Source of the DNA: Podarcis melisellensis
Taxonomy: Eukaryota
DNA: 64,000 bases
Strand: one strand, 5' to 3'
Assembly: GCA_964234715.1 (NCBI GenBank)
Contig: OZ174290.1
Below the pieces are notes generated by a model. The model saw only the letters and a list, made by a program, of their open reading frames with translations, did no database searches and had not been told where the DNA came from. Position 1 is the stretch's first letter; each line of letters opens with the position of its first letter. The position numbers were made by a program, and so were the translations under genes. This document shows, in pieces, positions 23,869 through 37,249 of this stretch.

Positions 23869-26150
23869 TACATGCAGAAATCTAGTGCATCTTGTCTCCA
23901 GTGCACATTTGAAACAATGAAGGTTTAGGCAGTGCTCAGCTTGCCGTTTCCCATATTGCCACTATGGGGAATGCATCATAGGACAATCATGGCTTCTTAG
24001 CATATATTTAACCAAGAGAACCTATGTGTGAATATAGCGCACAGTGAATGGCATAGAGCAGAGATGAGGAGAACCCATGGACCTTCATGTGTTATTGAAC
24101 TCCAGCCTTCATCAGCCACAGCTGCATGGCCAATAATCAGGAATGATAGAAGCTAGAGTCCAGCAAGCCTGGAGGTCAATGGATCCCCCATCCCTGGAGT
24201 ACGGAATGGTGGGGTGTAGGGCTTGGACAGTGATCACAGAAAAACAATAAGCGTGTCAAAAGCATAGCTCACTTGGGGTGAAATGGGAAGTGCTGCCCTG
24301 CCCTGCCCCAGCCCGCCCCTGCCCTGCTGTGCCGCCTCCACTGAAGCATCCCGGCAGGTTCTGGCATGACTTCTCCACCAACTGTAAAGGTGGCAGCGTG
24401 GGCAGGGCACCCGCGGGGGCTCTGCCTCTGGAGCTGACACTGCCCAAGGCAGGTGCTTTCACCTCACCTCATGGGTGGGCCAGCCCTCCCTCTTTCTGTG
24501 AAATGTTGGCGGTGTAGGCATAGAACTCATTAGGCAAAGGTGAAGTATATATTTCACATGTGTCCCAGACACGTCCCAGGAGCTTCAGGCCGGTTCTCCC
24601 CCCTCAAATGTGGAGCTCCATAACACTGGGGATTCCTTAGGACAGACCCCCCTGCACCCTTCTCATATGCACCCTTTGCATGGCTGGCTTGACCACCTAG
24701 ATGATGGGTAGCTAGCTTGTGGCCTCATATATGTTGCCATTCCAGGGGCCGCAAGTCAAGCAGTAAATGGGGCCAAGGCAAAAGTGGGCAGAGAAATTAA
24801 TGCAAATATTTACTTCTGTACAATAGGCTAGTTTTTAGACAAGCTCACACACCCATCCCTATTCTCCATCCAGGCAAGCGAAAGGGGTTAACAGAGTTCT
24901 GAGACACATTCCAGTCAGGCCAAGACACTCCAGTGTATTTGCCTGGGTGGGATGTGTCCTTGAACTGTGAGAATGTTTCTTGCTTTTCTAAATGGAGGGA
25001 AGAGAGAAACTAGAGGAGGGAGTGGTGTGGCCTGGGGATAATCCAAGGGGCCAGACAGAGAGGCCCAGAGCACTGCATTTGAGGCCCTGGTCTAAGTGCC
25101 CCCGCCCAAGTAAAGGGTGCCCCTTGAAAAACTAATTTCTTGGGTGGCCGGGGCCGCATTTTGCAGCATGCAAGGCTGTCCTGAAGCAAACAAATGTGTG
25201 CATGGGGGGGCAGGGTGGGTAGGCAATGTGAGCCCCCTAACAAAGCATCAAAGCATCTTGGAAGTCTGGAGGGGGATAATAAAAGATTACTGTACATTTA
25301 TCTTTCAGTGTGATCTCTTTTATCTATTGTGGGTCTTTTGGGGGTAGGGAGATGGATTCTTATTATTAATGTAAAGATCAATGCTCAGTTCTGATGTCCT
25401 TATTTGGGGTGGGTGGGTGTTTCAAGTTAGGCTGCTAGGTCACACACCTTCCTCTTCTTAAGGACAACTTGTTGTGGAAATCATTTTGTTGAGGTGGAGG
25501 AAAGAGACTGGAATCCAGTATATATGAGAACACAGGGAGGGGATCACTGCTGATCACTAGCCATACTAGCTAGGGATCTACTTGAGCTGGCAACATTTCC
25601 CCTTTTTTTTCTTAGCAAAATCCACATTTCCACTCCTGTTTCCAAAATCTCAGAGGCCAATAGCTCCCAATGTATATCCAAATAATTTTTTTCTTTAAAA
25701 AGCATTTTAATCAGAAAAAGGAGGTGATCTGATTAAGGCATAAAATTAGATACTTATGGACAAAGATACTAGCACATTAATATGGAGATTTCTCCCTCCA
25801 AGCATTTAGCCCTTGATGGATAATTTGCATTGGAAAGAGTCAGTTCCACATACCATTAACAGCTGTGAAATTGGCGTCATTCTTAAAGGTTAAAATAAAA
25901 ACCCGGCTTCTCAGCTGAGCTGCCAAACATTTCTTCATAAAGATCTATGGTCAGAGGGCTCTGAAGGAGAAAGATGCCTTCATCCTTCCATGTTCCTGAG
26001 GTGCTGATGGGCAGAATTGCAGTGCAAATATCATGGTTCCAACAGGCTCTGCCCAACACTACTTTTGCCAAATTAACCTGAAGCTTGGTGTGCAAGGGGT
26101 GTTCTCATATCACTTCAGCTATACCAGCACTGCTGGCTTCAACTTTAGAG

Positions 26151-26826
26151 TGTATGGGTGTGTAACAGAAGCCAAAGCTTCAACCCTCTTTGTCCTGAAG
26201 GGTTACTAAGAACCCTGCCCTTCCATAACAGCAAGGTGCCTGAGTCTCACAGCTTGATCATTGCATGAATTTACAGGATAGTGATTTTCCACATGTGGCC
26301 GCTGGCAAAATTGCACATGGCCCCTGGCTGATTCACAAATAAGCATTACATCAATGAAATAAGAAAGCAACACATTGCAAAAAGCAGTGTGGTTCAGTCC
26401 TTTATGCAGTTCAATACTCTTTCCTCTCTGTGGTCCCAGGGAGTGATCCTTAGCATGTTCATCATTGCAGAGTTTCTTTGCAGTTGCTGCTTCTACCAAC
26501 TCTGGCGTCTCAAGTTTCCTCTCCTGCCTTCTGAAATGGGAAAACACCAACCTTCCACTTTCACCCAGAGAGGAACCTCTCACTTAAGGGGGCTTATCTT
26601 TCCAGCATTTCAAGTACAATGCTTTCAAACACAGCATTTAATCTACATTACACTTATAACTTTAACCCCATTGACCTGATCCACAAGGCAACTTACATTA
26701 TTTAAAAGAATGAAAGAAAAGGGGGTGATGCCACCTACTTCAGATTCTGACCACTTTTTGACTCCACCCTCAGGCCCTGGGCTGTCTCCTCCACCCACCC
26801 ACCCGCCTGGGCAAGAAGGTGTTACA
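26151..26826. mobile_element. Possible solo LTR
   Basis: TG...CA ends with 4-bp flanking AGAG duplication; TGTAACA (26161) and TGTTACA (26820) inverted; no coding evidence. Confidence 0.35.
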
Positions 26827-27423
26827 AGAGTCAGGAGCCTGCCCCTCTCTCACTTCCAGGATTAGGGAGGTCCTCCACTTAAGCCTATAACAAAGGAGTA
26901 GAAAATGCCTTCTTGTTTCAATGGAGCCCCGATGGAGCCACAAGAGGTGCTCTTCTCCTTGTGGAATTAGAATTGCATAAGGGGAGAGTGGTGGCACTCT
27001 AGGCCCACCTCCTCTGTCATAGCCCATTGCTTGGCCCTGGTGCTCCCCACGTGCTGACACGGAAAAGTCTACAGTGAGTACCTTGCTGTACTTGCAGAGT
27101 GGCAACGCGAGAAGGACACAACAGCTACATGCCCTTCAATCCCAGTCCCTTGGAGGTGAAGCTGCGAATAAAGGGAACATAGTATCTTTCTAATATCACC
27201 CTCCCCAAGCTGTTTTGCAAGGCTGGGATCTGATCAGATCCCAGCCTCACACAGTGGTGCAGGGCTGGTTCAGGGTGGGTGGGGTGATTACCCCAGCAGC
27301 CCACGCTATGCCCCTGGTTTAAAGTGTCCCAGTGCAACACGACCTCTTTAACAAAAGAAGCAGCCTTCCTTTTGCAGTTAGGAAAGTGATACATTTAAAA
27401 GTGTGGAATGGACAAATGATATA

Positions 27424-27793
27424 CTGTATTTTTTGCACCATAACACTCACTTTTTTCCTCCTAGAAAGTAAGGGGAAATGTCTGTGAGTGTTATGGAGCG
27501 AATGCCTGCGGATGGCGGGGGGGGGGGGATCTGCTGCAGTCGTGAGCAGAGGATCCATGGTTCCCCTTCCTTCCCTCCTCCGTGGTTACAAAGCATGGAT
27601 CCACATGGATCCTCAGGATTTTTGCATTGGGCTACTCCAAACTCACTGTCAGATCACATGTCTGTGGCCACAGCATGAACCGCAAAAATCATATATCCAC
27701 TATTTCATTTAGAATATTTTTTTTCTTGTTTTCCTCCTCTAAAAACTACGTGCATGTTATGGTGTGGTGCATGTTATAGAGCGAAAAATACGG
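27424..27793. mobile_element. Tc1/mariner (Tc2/pogo-like) MITE
   Basis: Ends CTGTATTTTTTGCACCATAAC / GTTATAGAGCGAAAAATACGG; TA on both sides. Confidence 0.8.
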
Positions 27794-28954
27794 TAAATAC
27801 ACCACACCACAGGCAAATCCAGATGAATTGCTCATTGTCATATACAGTAACCTCCCTGCAATCAAATCAGAACAAATACTCAGTAAAGACTGAATAAATT
27901 ATTATTATGTTATATTATTATATAAATAGCCCCTTTTTCATGAATTTCTTGGTCCTCTGGTTGGTGGCTGAGATGAGGCTGTCCTCCCCCTCCTTTTCCA
28001 CAGCCTATTTTAAAAGACTATTCATAGGGGCTGCTGTCCACAAATATGGCAAAAATGTCATGTCATCTTAGCCTGGGCTTTGTGTCTCCGGCCACAGCAT
28101 TTTTAGGGAGCCTCTTTTAGTGATGCAGATCTCATTGTTTTGGGGCAGCCTCCAAGCAAAATGGTGCACTCTGTTCTGCTGAATAAGACTTCAGTTTCAT
28201 CCATCATCCTGAGAGCATTTCATTAGCAAACAGTGTTAGCAAATGCGGTTAGTGAGATGCATGATATGACCACACAAGTGTCATTCATGCATAGCTAGTG
28301 AATTAAATGGAATCGGGCAAGTCATTAAACAATTATTTAATCATTCATCCATAGGCAACTCCTAAGACTTCAGGCTCCTGAGCAGAAGCCAGAGATCTAT
28401 GATAACACTGAAAATATGTCTGGAGAAGAGTGGATCTTCCTGCCGGAAATCAGTGGGCATCCGCTGAAGTATTTTGTCTATATTTGGTGCAACGATGGAA
28501 ATACTCTTAAGAAAGTGATTACAAAAGGAAAGGTTAAAGGTCACTGTCGTAGGGTATGGCTGGAGAGATGGAGCAATGGTATGCAGAAGATTCCTCAGAG
28601 GACAGCTGTTGGGTGCTCAAGACTAGAATTGGATTGAAAAGGCTTTTGAACATTCTCTAAGGAGTTCTTGTATAAGTGAGTGTTTCTTACATTATACAGT
28701 AAATGGATAATGTACATTTACTGTATAATGTAACCTGAACCAATGGGAATTGAACCAATGGGAATGATCTAGTCAAAGTGCTGCACTTTTGTAACCTATG
28801 GGGAGAGTTAAGCAAGGGCATGGCACTCGCACATTAAAACCAGTGAATACTAAAAGTATTACCTTTGGTCAGATTAATTCTGTCATTATTAATAATACCA
28901 ATAACACACACACAAACACAAACACACACATATATATGACATTTATTAATCAAC

Positions 28955-29145
28955 GTGTTGATTGCGGATGATACTCAGCTCTACCTCTCATTTAAACTAG
29001 AAGCAGTTAAGGCCTTAAATGTCTCCTATGAGTGTTTGGAGGCGGTTGGAGGATGGATGTTGGCTAACAGATGGAGGTTGAATCCTAACAAAGCAGAAGT
29101 TCTGTTTTTGGGAGACAGGGGTGAGCAGAAGTGGGGGACTCCATG
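28955..29145 (+). mobile_element. L2 RT fragment (ADDTQLYLSF...NRWRLNPNK), followed by a short CR1 piece to ~29218
   Basis: YADD-region peptide in ORF 28955..29146. Confidence 0.8.
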
Positions 29146-29249
29146 ACAGATGGCCATCCAAACTCTGCTTAAAAACCTCCAAGGAAGGAAGGTCCACAAC
29201 CTCCCAAGGGAGTCCATTTAGTTTCTTACATTTCCCCCTTCCTTTCTTC

Positions 29250-30439
29250 TGTCAGGGAACACAAAGCAGCATAGTGTCCTATGCAAGGCCAAAATCTGGA
29301 GTCCCCAAATGGATCTTTTCAGTTATGAATCTTCTCAGTTTTGCACCCCTTCAGCCAGGCACCTTGTGCAGGGGAACCACCCACACTACCCTAAACCTGG
29401 CACTGATGGGTGTGGGAATGTTTAGGAAGGTAGGAGAGGATATATTATTTTGATATTATCCCTCCTTACTCGTGCTGGTAAGCAAACAGCAGAGCACAGT
29501 CCCTAGCAGTTTATAAGTGAAGCAGTTGATGACTTGCTAGAGTCTTTTAATTAAGCAATCCAGTCTGGCTTATCCAGTCTGGATTGTTCCTGGTAAATTT
29601 CCCCTTTATTTCCCTCTTAATTTTAAAGACCCACTTACTGACTTACCTCTTTCCAGGTTCCACGTCTTGCTTTGATGCAGTGCATAAATCTCCTCTTCTG
29701 CGGCCTTTCTCCAGAGATGGGCTTCTGCAGCTGGCATCTCCTCTATCTCTTCCCACGTGGAAGGTTCCTGAGGTAACGCCGACCCTACAAAGTAGGACAG
29801 CCATAATGGTGGAACACCTCTGTTGGTTCTGGATGAGTGTCTGACCTGTGGTTCTGGAACCACATCAGCACATTCCCTTGCAGCTTATAGTGAAGTAGTT
29901 GATGACTCACTAGATTCATTTAATTAAGCAATCCAGTCTGGCTTGTCCAGTCTGGACTGTTCCTGGTAAATTTCCCCTTTATTTCCCTCTTAAAATAAGA
30001 ATAACGCAACACAGTATTCTTGAAAAATAACAATAAAGTTTTACTCAAATTCAGTTCACAGCAGTAATCTGAAGGCAGGATTTATCTTGTGGTTACAGTT
30101 ACATTTGTAGAGAAAAGAAGTCTGAGGTAGGTCTCAGACTTTCTACTTGTGGCCTTCATTCTCTGTAAGGCCCCTGTGCTGGCTAAGAGCCAGAAGAGGA
30201 ACTCCAAAAGAGAAGCCCAAAAAGAGAAAAAGGGAAGGTGGCTGCCTGGCCAGCCCTTTTACATGGCCAGCTAGGGCCATGCCCATCTACCTGGCCACAC
30301 ACAGGGGGTGGAGGCTCCAGAGCAGGTATGACAGGAAGTCCTCCCTGTCTGGAGCCACATTTCCCTGTGTGTCCATTCTAGGCAACAGGAAAATGTTGTA
30401 CTTGACTGGTCTAGCACTAGGTGGTCACCCATCCTGACA
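29250..30439 (-). mobile_element. LTR-like element containing Ty1/copia pol-derived sequence
   Basis: TGTCAGG...CCTGACA inverted termini; TATA-like ATGTAAAAG and AGTAAA on the minus strand; internal ~128-bp direct repeat; no clean TSD. Confidence 0.55.
29545..29863 (-). pseudogene. Ty1/copia pol remnant (integrase-RT linker and RT N-terminus)
   Basis: RHSSRTNRGVPP...EPSTWEEI...WRKAAEEEIYALHQSKTWNL, then after a frameshift KWVFKIKREIKGKFTR and a decayed KARL.A. Confidence 0.8.
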
Positions 30440-30714
30440 CTGACAAGACCCAGACCAGCAACTAGAGACCATACCTTGGGATCTATAGTATTTGATGTTT
30501 AAAAGCAAAATAAAACTGCACCTTCTGAAAAACTCAAAGGAGAGGACACATGCAATCATTGGAAAGCAGTTATACATAAAAACCTGCAGAAAGTTCCATA
30601 CACAAATAAATCACAGTGCAATCCTATGCATTAGTAAGTCCTATTGAGTTTAGTCCCAGGTAACTGTGCATAGGATCTGTGCATTGGATCTTTGACATCT
30701 TAAAATAACTTATC

Positions 30715-31774
30715 TTTTTTTTAAAGATATTTATTAGAAATTTTTTAAAGAGATACATAAAAACATATAAGAAATAAGACAATACAAAACATTACAAAAC
30801 ATAAAGTATAGAGTATAAAGAGTACATAAAAAAGAAAAAAAGACATTTTTCTTTTGAAGTTCTGAGTTTCTTAACCCTATTTCCTGGCTTCCCCACACCT
30901 CCCTTCCCTGTGTTCCTGTTTACCATCAAATTCAGCAAATCCCTGTCCTCTTTCAAATCCCATTATCTGTTAAGATATTTAAATAAGTCTTATTTCCGTC
31001 TTTTCATCCCTATTAGATTCCTTATTACATAGTCATCACTTATTCACTAATGCCATATTATTTTATATCTCACATCGTTTTAACATTCATGGATTTTATA
31101 ATGTGTCTGCAGGTAGTCTTTAAATTTCTTCCAGTCCTTTTCCACCAGATCTTCACCCTGGTCTCGGATTCTGCCAGTCATTTCTGCCATCTCCATATAG
31201 TCAATTACTTGCATCTGCCATTCTTCCACGGTGGGTAGGTCTTGTGTCTTCCAATGCTTTGCGATAAGTATTCTTGCTGCTGCTGTTGCATACATAAAAA
31301 AGGTTATGTCCTCTTTTAACACCAATTGGCCGACTATGCCCAGGAGAAAGGCCTCTGGTTTCTTCAAAATAGTATATTTAAATACCTTTTTCATTTCATT
31401 ATATATCATTTCCCAGAAGGCCTTGGTCCTTGGGCATGTCCACCAAAGGTGAAGAAAGTACCTTCAGTCTCTTTACATTTCCAACATTTATTATCGGGCA
31501 GATGATAGATTTTTGCAAGCTTGACTGGAGTCATGTACCACCTGTATACCATTTTCATAATATTCTCTCTTAAGGCATTACATGCCGTAAATTTCATACC
31601 GGTGGTCCACAACTGCTCCCAGTCTGCTGCCATAATGTTATGTCCAATGTCTTGTGCCCATTTAATCATAGCTGACTTAACCATTTCATCCTGCGTGTTC
31701 CATTCTAACAGCAAGTTATACATTCTTGACAATATTTTAGCTTTTGGATCTAGCAGTTCTAGATGTCTAGATAA
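30715..31774 (-). mobile_element. 5'-truncated L1-clade LINE (ORF2 C-terminus, 3' UTR, short poly-A)
   Basis: CWKC...H.WWTC zinc knuckle (1-bp frameshift near 31450); AATAAA plus A-tail; 21-bp TSD GACATCTTAAAATAACTTATC at 30694-30714 and 31775-31795. Confidence 0.92.
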
Positions 31775-31914
31775 GACATCTTAAAATAACTTATCCACTA
31801 GGCTATGCTAAGAAAGAGGTCTCTGAGCACTTAGAGTATTCATAGAGGAGTTAACTGGAGGGCTGAGTTTGAGCAGAAGTAGAAGCTGTGAGGATACCGT
31901 CTCCTTGGGTCTCA

Positions 31915-32750
31915 TGTCAGTCAGGATGGGAAAGATCTTCCAGAAAGAGAAGACTCCCAGACCCGTTAAGAGGGGTGTGCTGATCCTCTGAGTCTGTTAT
32001 ACTGCTGGAAGTACCTCAGGAGTGTTGTGGAGATAAGGTTGGGTAACTGACAGAAAGTACTCCCTTGTTTAAGAACCAAAGAATTAAGCTGTAACACATC
32101 TGCAAATAAATTTAAGGAACTGAAGTAACTGGAAATAAGGTGTGCATTTACAGTACCATCTAGTCTAGAAACATCTAACATCTAACTGAAGCGTAATAAC
32201 TGAAAATAAGCAACCAAACTTAAAAGAAGCTGTGTGTTTGCAACCTTATTTAGAAGCCTGGAACATCTACTAGATTTAGTAAGATTATTACTATTATTTG
32301 AGGAAATAGTTAACTTATTATCTCCTGACACATCATTCATTTTATCAACTTTGTTCTGTAAAATAAACCTTTCTTATTTGTTCAACTTCTGCCTGAATCG
32401 CCAAACACCAAAGTGACCTTCACACAAGAACGTATGGATAAGGTCCATCACACCTGTCAACGGCAGAGCAGTGGTGTATTCTTGGTGATGGGTTGGAGGT
32501 CCATCTCTCTGGCTCTTCCTCCTGCCAACTAGTCTCTCCTCCTGGCTGGGCGATGCCCTCCCCTATTGCTAGGGAAGCTCTTTGCTCCATGAATGGAGTG
32601 TAACAGGGAGGCAGAAGGACTTCTTCTACCCCCTGGCCATCCTTCCCTTGGGTCTCCTTCTCACCAGCAGCACCCTCTGTGCTCTCCTCCTCTGACTCAT
32701 CTGCCAGCAACTCTTACAATGAACCAGACAGGATCATGGGGCTCGTGACA
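31915..32750. mobile_element. LTR-like sequence(s), possibly two nested or adjacent solo LTRs
   Basis: TGTCA start and TGACA end; internal AATAAA at ~32362; TGTCAG..GATGGG start resembles the 30439 terminus; no clear TSD. Confidence 0.35.
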
Positions 32751-33295
32751 AGCATGGTAAAAGCTAACTTGCTTAATGCAATCATCATGCAGGTGTATGG
32801 CATTAGATGTCATTTAGATAAATCCCACTGAGTCATGGTAGGAGCTAAAATGGGGCTAATGGGAGTTGGAGTCTGTGAACATCTGGAGGGTCCTAGAGGT
32901 TTCACTAAGGCAGGTAGAGTCTATTGAAGCAGTGGGGGAGGGTAATGAAATGGTTGTGTTTCTGCACAACAGGTATATTTCTCCCTCATCATTATGAGCA
33001 TGTGCTGGTCTGTCTGCCTGTTGCAAAACAACAATGGGAAGAAGAATTCAGGGTTGCTCTCTTCTGATCATTCTGTTCATGCAAGTGTTTCTGCTTGCAA
33101 GTTGGAACAATTCCCCCTGCTCTTCTCCTGGTGAATCTGTAGAAGGTTTGGGGAACATGCAGGAGAAGGAGAGCAGGTAAAGCCTTGTTGGGCTAGCGGG
33201 AGCCCTTGCACTGGCTTCTGCTAGCACTCTGGGTGAACTGAATCTGGCCCAATGTGCACACACAGATACCCTAAGCAAAGTGAATTGTTGTAGAG

Positions 33296-33582
33296 CAGTG
33301 GTGTGCAAACTTTTTTCAAAGAGGGCCAGATTTTATGAAGGCTGTGAGGGCTGACCAATGGGCCAACCTTTTTTTAAGGATTGAAGTTGTTGAGTTTTTT
33401 ATGATTTTACCCCAAGTTGTTGAGCTGTTTTTAGGATTGAAGTTGTTGAGCTTTTTTAAGGTTGAAGTTGTTGTTGTTGCTGCGGTTTTTTTGTTAAGGA
33501 TTTTACCCCAGGAAATACAGGGCCGGATTAAACTGACCAGTGGGCCAGATTACGCACCTGAAACAGACTTTGGACATGCCTG
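33296..33582. mobile_element. hAT MITE with an internal tandem repeat (TTTTAGGATTGAAGTTGTTGAG-like, ~4 copies)
   Basis: CAGTGGTGTGCAAAC / TTTGGACATGCCTG ends; TSD ttgtagag/tcgtagag. Confidence 0.8.
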
Positions 33583-34152
33583 TCGTAGAGCATACAGAGG
33601 CTATGACACTCATCCATAGTTCTTAAGAACGGTTGTTTTCACATTTTTGCCTCTTTCTGTCCCCCTTCTATGTGTGTGCAGCTAATTTTAAAGAACACGT
33701 AAGTGCTGTGTTCCTCATGATTTCCCTAGATATGTAGAAACCCCTGTTTTGTTTGTGGATGGTCCAGTCTTGCATCTAAACTGATGGGTATGACCAAGTT
33801 TGCTATTTGAGGGAATGGCAGAGGTTTGTAAGACTAGTCCCTGCAACTGGGAGGCCTTTGGATTGGCCAGGCCCAATAAAGATGAAAGTCCAAGTCTTCT
33901 GCCTTTCACTGATCAACAGGGAGCTCCTCCTCCTGGTATCTGGAATCCTGGGCTGGAGAACATTTGGGGCATGGATCTGGAAACAGCTGCCCCCCCCACC
34001 TTTGCCCCGCTCCACCCTCCTATTGGCTTTGACAAATGCTTTAAAAGAGCAGCAGCAGCAGCAGCAATTTTATTATATATACCTTGCCCATCTGGCTGTT
34101 TCCCCAGCCACTCTATAAACCAATAGCTCCAGATTATTCAAACAAGCTAACT

Positions 34153-34379
34153 CAGGGGCCAGCAAACTTTTTCAGCAGGGGGCTGGTCCACTGTCCCTCA
34201 GACCTTGTGGGGGGCTGGACTATATTTTTGGGGGGGAAATGAACGAATTCCTATGCCCTACAAATACACCAGAGATTCATTTTAAATAAAAGCACACATT
34301 CTACTCATGTAAAAACACGCTGATTCCCGGACCGTCTGTGGTCCGGATTGAGAAAGCGATTGGGCCTTAGTTTGCCATG
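34153..34379. mobile_element. hAT (Charlie-like) MITE
   Basis: CAGGGGCCAGCAAAC start; perfect 8-bp TSD AGCTAACT. Confidence 0.85.
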
Positions 34380-35880
34380 AGCTAACTCAAGAAAGTAGGA
34401 GAGCATAGTAGGAGACCAAAACTGAACCCTACAACCTGTTTGTAATGGATCTTGGCAAGAGTCCTATATCAGCTACAGTCATCTGAAGGTCAATGAGGGA
34501 GCTCTATGATACTTGCTCCCAAGGTGCTGACTGCATCACTCAATCCCTGTGTATGTACAATCCTCATCACTCTCCTAGCTCTCTTGAAGGAAGAGTAAAT
34601 TCTGTGTTCCTCTACTTATAGACTTTCTCCTGCCCCCCTCTTTAAAAATGCACAGCACTTGAAAAGATTTGGCCTGACAAAAATGCCAGGGCAATTTGAA
34701 GCTTCACTGCCTGTGATATTTAATACTTAGAATGGACAAAGCCCTAGGAAGCATACAATCTTGGCCCGTTGGAGAGAAGGATTATATGACCACCCCTCCA
34801 CCCGCCCCAAAGTTTTTTCCATGACTTCCTAGCCAATGAGCTGGAAAATGTTTCACTTGCTACAGTCAAAGTGCTTTCAGGTTTATGACAATGCTCAAGG
34901 AATCTCAGATTTCTTTTACTTTATTCAGTTGGCAAATTTCTCATTGAGGCTATGCGACAGGTAGGTTGCTGGCCAGGCTCTGAAAAGTGAAAACAATTGC
35001 TCTATCATGATTGTTGTAATAAGAGAATCGAATGGGCTAATGAATACCTAATCCTGAAAAAGATTAGCAAAGCTTTGAAAAGCTTTTTACCAGCATCATA
35101 GCAGGAAGTCATTTAGTTCTTAACTGGCTGATAATCTTTCTTGTTTCGCTAAAACAAAAACAACTAAGGTTTGATTCCATCAACATTATCCTTGGATATT
35201 TCTCTCACTCTGTTTGAAAAGTAGAAGCAAATGCCCACATTTCCCCCCTAATCTCTACAGATGTGAAGCCCCTGTTGAAATGCTATCAGCTATGAATCAC
35301 AGATCCAGTCACAGGACTGTTTAAAATACATCTGAATTCTTTCCTGAAATCTTGGTTCTGTCCAGCAGCAGGCTTTTCCTGAGAAATCCTGCCTCCCCTT
35401 CTCACAATGAAAGAACTCAGGCTTTTCAAATTAAACTGACTGGAAATCAGTTTGAGGGTAAAAGAAAATACTTTTTTACACAGCACATAATTATGGACCC
35501 CCCAGCCACAAGAGTGATGATGACGTTGATAACCATAGGTTCAAATCTCCACTGAAGTCATTCATTATCTTTCAGCCTAACCCACCCCACAGGGTTGTTG
35601 TGAAGATTAAGGGGGGAGAGAGACTCATGTATAGCATCTCAAACTCCATGGGGCAAGGTGAGATTTAAATGCAAATTTAAGATAAACAAAGACAGAAAGA
35701 AATAGAAAGAATGGAGTAGACAAATTCAGGGAGGGTGAGTCCATCAATGAACATGAGCTAAATGGTTCTTCCATGTTCAAGAGAAGCACATCTTTTTCTT
35801 TTTTAAGTACCAAAATTCTGAGGTCAGTGGAAGGCTGTTTCCAGTGTGTGCTGTTTGGGAGCTCACCAAAGGCCCCTTGG

Positions 35881-36134
35881 TAGGGTTGCAATATTTCAAA
35901 CAGTGAAAATCTAAATTGTTGAACTTTCTTTGGGGGGGGGGAGTTGTAGAGGTGTTTTTTGTGTGTGAAAAAAAAAGACCCTTTGGAGCTATTTTTAAAG
36001 GGAAAATTGGCAAAAACGACCCTGCCAACATGGGCTGCCATACATCCGGATTTCCCCCGACATTAGTTCATTTCTGCCCAGACACTGCAGTATTCCGTGT
36101 GTGTCTGGGAAATTCTGGACGTACGGCAACCCTA
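35881..36134. mobile_element. hAT-type MITE with TAGGGTTGC...GCAACCCTA termini
   Basis: 9-bp TIR; CCCTTGG duplicated on both flanks. Confidence 0.7.
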
Positions 36135-37249
36135 CCCTTGGTAAGTGAAGGCTGGGCTAGGTGAAGTTTTGATCTGAGCCAAGGTGGGTTTTTGTGTTCA
36201 GTACTTGGCACAGGGATTGCCAAGTGTTATTTTTTGTGGTGTGGGGGAGTTATTTTTTCTGAACAGTAGTCAAAGGTCTAGAACAGCCCAACCCTCTCAA
36301 GGGTGTCCAGACTGTTTAACAGAGTTGCCCATGCTTTGCAGGTATGGCGTATTTGCTCTTTGAGCACCTGAGGCTATCAGCTGGGAAGTGTTTATCTGTG
36401 TGCACATACTAAGGAACAAATGTGCTATTTCAAATTTATCATGGAAAGGCAGATTGGGAGAGGGCAAGCCCTGTGCAAGCCAGCTCACGAGCTTTTGTGT
36501 GGAGAGTGTCATACAGGTGCAGCTTGTCATGTTTTGCTGCTTGAGGCAGAATGGGGAGGTGCTGCCCTCTGCACTTTCCAGGCACCCCCACCGCTGCCCC
36601 TGCCCAGGCCTCATGGGCTGGGGTCATGCAGCTTCCAGGTTCTGGAGAGATCTTGTGAGAGCTCAAGAGGCTCTTGTGAAATCTGACAGGGCTCTTGCAA
36701 GATTTCGTGGGGCTCTCACGATCCCTTGCCAGAACCCAGAAGCAGCTGCAGTTACTTCTCTTCACTTTTCTGACAAGAGTCTGCCACCTGGAAATGTCTG
36801 CCTAAGTCTGTCTTATGCATTGCCAGTTGTGGTGTCATGCTAGAGTTAGGTCGCCAGGTGGCACTGGACTTAACTGTCCCTGGGTAGAGTCAGCAGGTTT
36901 CTGGAAAAAAGAAACTAAAGTTCTTGTGTAGCTTCCTGACTGGTATGTTCTCTATCTAAGCAAGGTGTGTGGAGTGAGGTTGCAGTTGCTTAGCTGGATG
37001 GGGCCAGGGAGGGTCAGTGGCATGGCTGGGGCTGCATGGCTGGCACCACAACTGTCAATCCAGTGCTCCTGCTGGTTGTCAGGTCTAGTTGAGGATGAAG
37101 CATGGATGTTTGCTCATGAGTAGCCTGAACAGGATGGGCTGCAGGTGGATAAGGGTGGGTAACTAAGCTGAGACCTGCTTGCAGGCTTCCCAGAAGCATC
37201 TGGCTGGCTACCGTGAGAACAGCATGCTGGACTTTCAGTGTGATCTAGC

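Noticed and set aside
29640-29863. Copia-derived ORF as a domesticated host exon (ends in AG|GTAAGT)
   Set aside because: A donor-like site exists, but there is no convincing acceptor or partner exon, and the RT motif is deleted and frameshifted. Treated as a TE remnant.
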